A stretch of DNA of 64,000 nucleotides from Cetorhinus maximus. Taxonomy: Eukaryota. The notes under the pieces are model-generated. The model saw only the letters and a list, made by a program, of their open reading frames with translations, did not search any database and had not been told where the DNA came from. Of this stretch, positions 63,620-64,000 are shown piece by piece. Both the position numbers and the translations under genes were made by a program. Numbering within the stretch: position 1 is the first letter of the stretch; each line of letters begins with the position of its first letter. The stretch spans positions 21,514,001-21,578,000 of the forward strand of contig NC_135899.1 in assembly GCF_964194155.1 (NCBI RefSeq). Direction: 5' to 3'.

Positions 63620-63895
63620 TGGCTGAGAAACCAAAAGGATCACGTGGAATGCTCATTTTACACTGAGGACCAATATTATTCTACATTGACTTTAATTTCA
63701 GATCTTTCGGTTGGCACATTAAACCCAGACCCGATATGTCCTGTCAGTTGGACCTAACAGATCCCATTGTGCGAGTCGATGAAGAGCACTGGAGTTCTCG
63801 ATGCCTTGAGAAATGTTTAGCACCGAAACGATATCGCTAAAACAGATTATCTTTCCATTCATCACATTGCTGTTTTGAGGATTTTACAATGCCAG
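63620..63895 (+). mobile_element. Degraded Deu-domain SINE
   Basis: ctttcggttggcacattaaacc...agatccc...gaagagcactggagttctc...ctaaaacagattatct...atcacattgctgttt. Confidence 0.7.
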
Positions 63896-63934
63896 ATTTT
63901 AATGCCACTTTCTTCTTAGTTGTCCATTTTGTTT

Positions 63935-64000
63935 TTTATTCATTCATGTGATGTGGAAGCCAGCATTTAGTGCCCATACCAAATTGCTCTTGACAAGGTA
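63935..64000 (-). mobile_element. LINE-B 3' tail, runs off the window
   Basis: ttattcattcatgtgatgtgg...ccagcatttagtgcccat...ttgacaagg. Confidence 0.75.

Overview
Eukaryotic, repeat-saturated genomic DNA. The repeat families point to a cartilaginous fish (shark-like); this is an inference. I see no intact host protein-coding gene. Most of the window is decayed, often nested transposable elements: a CR1 LINE family (two copies retain a zinc-finger/SGNH-esterase ORF1), a second CR1/L2-group LINE family ('LINE-B') that appears to start with a tRNA-Ser-like Pol III head, L2 and RTE LINEs, Deu-domain (SacSINE1-like) SINEs, Gypsy-type solo LTRs, Harbinger elements (HARBI1-like transposase plus Myb/SANT exon) and Penelope-like element (PLE) remnants. 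The most notable system is a set of PLE 3'-terminal units carrying minimal type-I hammerhead ribozyme motifs. Several are ~100-180 bp insertions with 14-16 bp target-site duplications, and two form fold-back palindromes. Promoter-like unique sequence lies at both ends (~340-460 and ~61.9-62.8 kb). Repeat boundaries were read by eye and are approximate unless a TSD is quoted.
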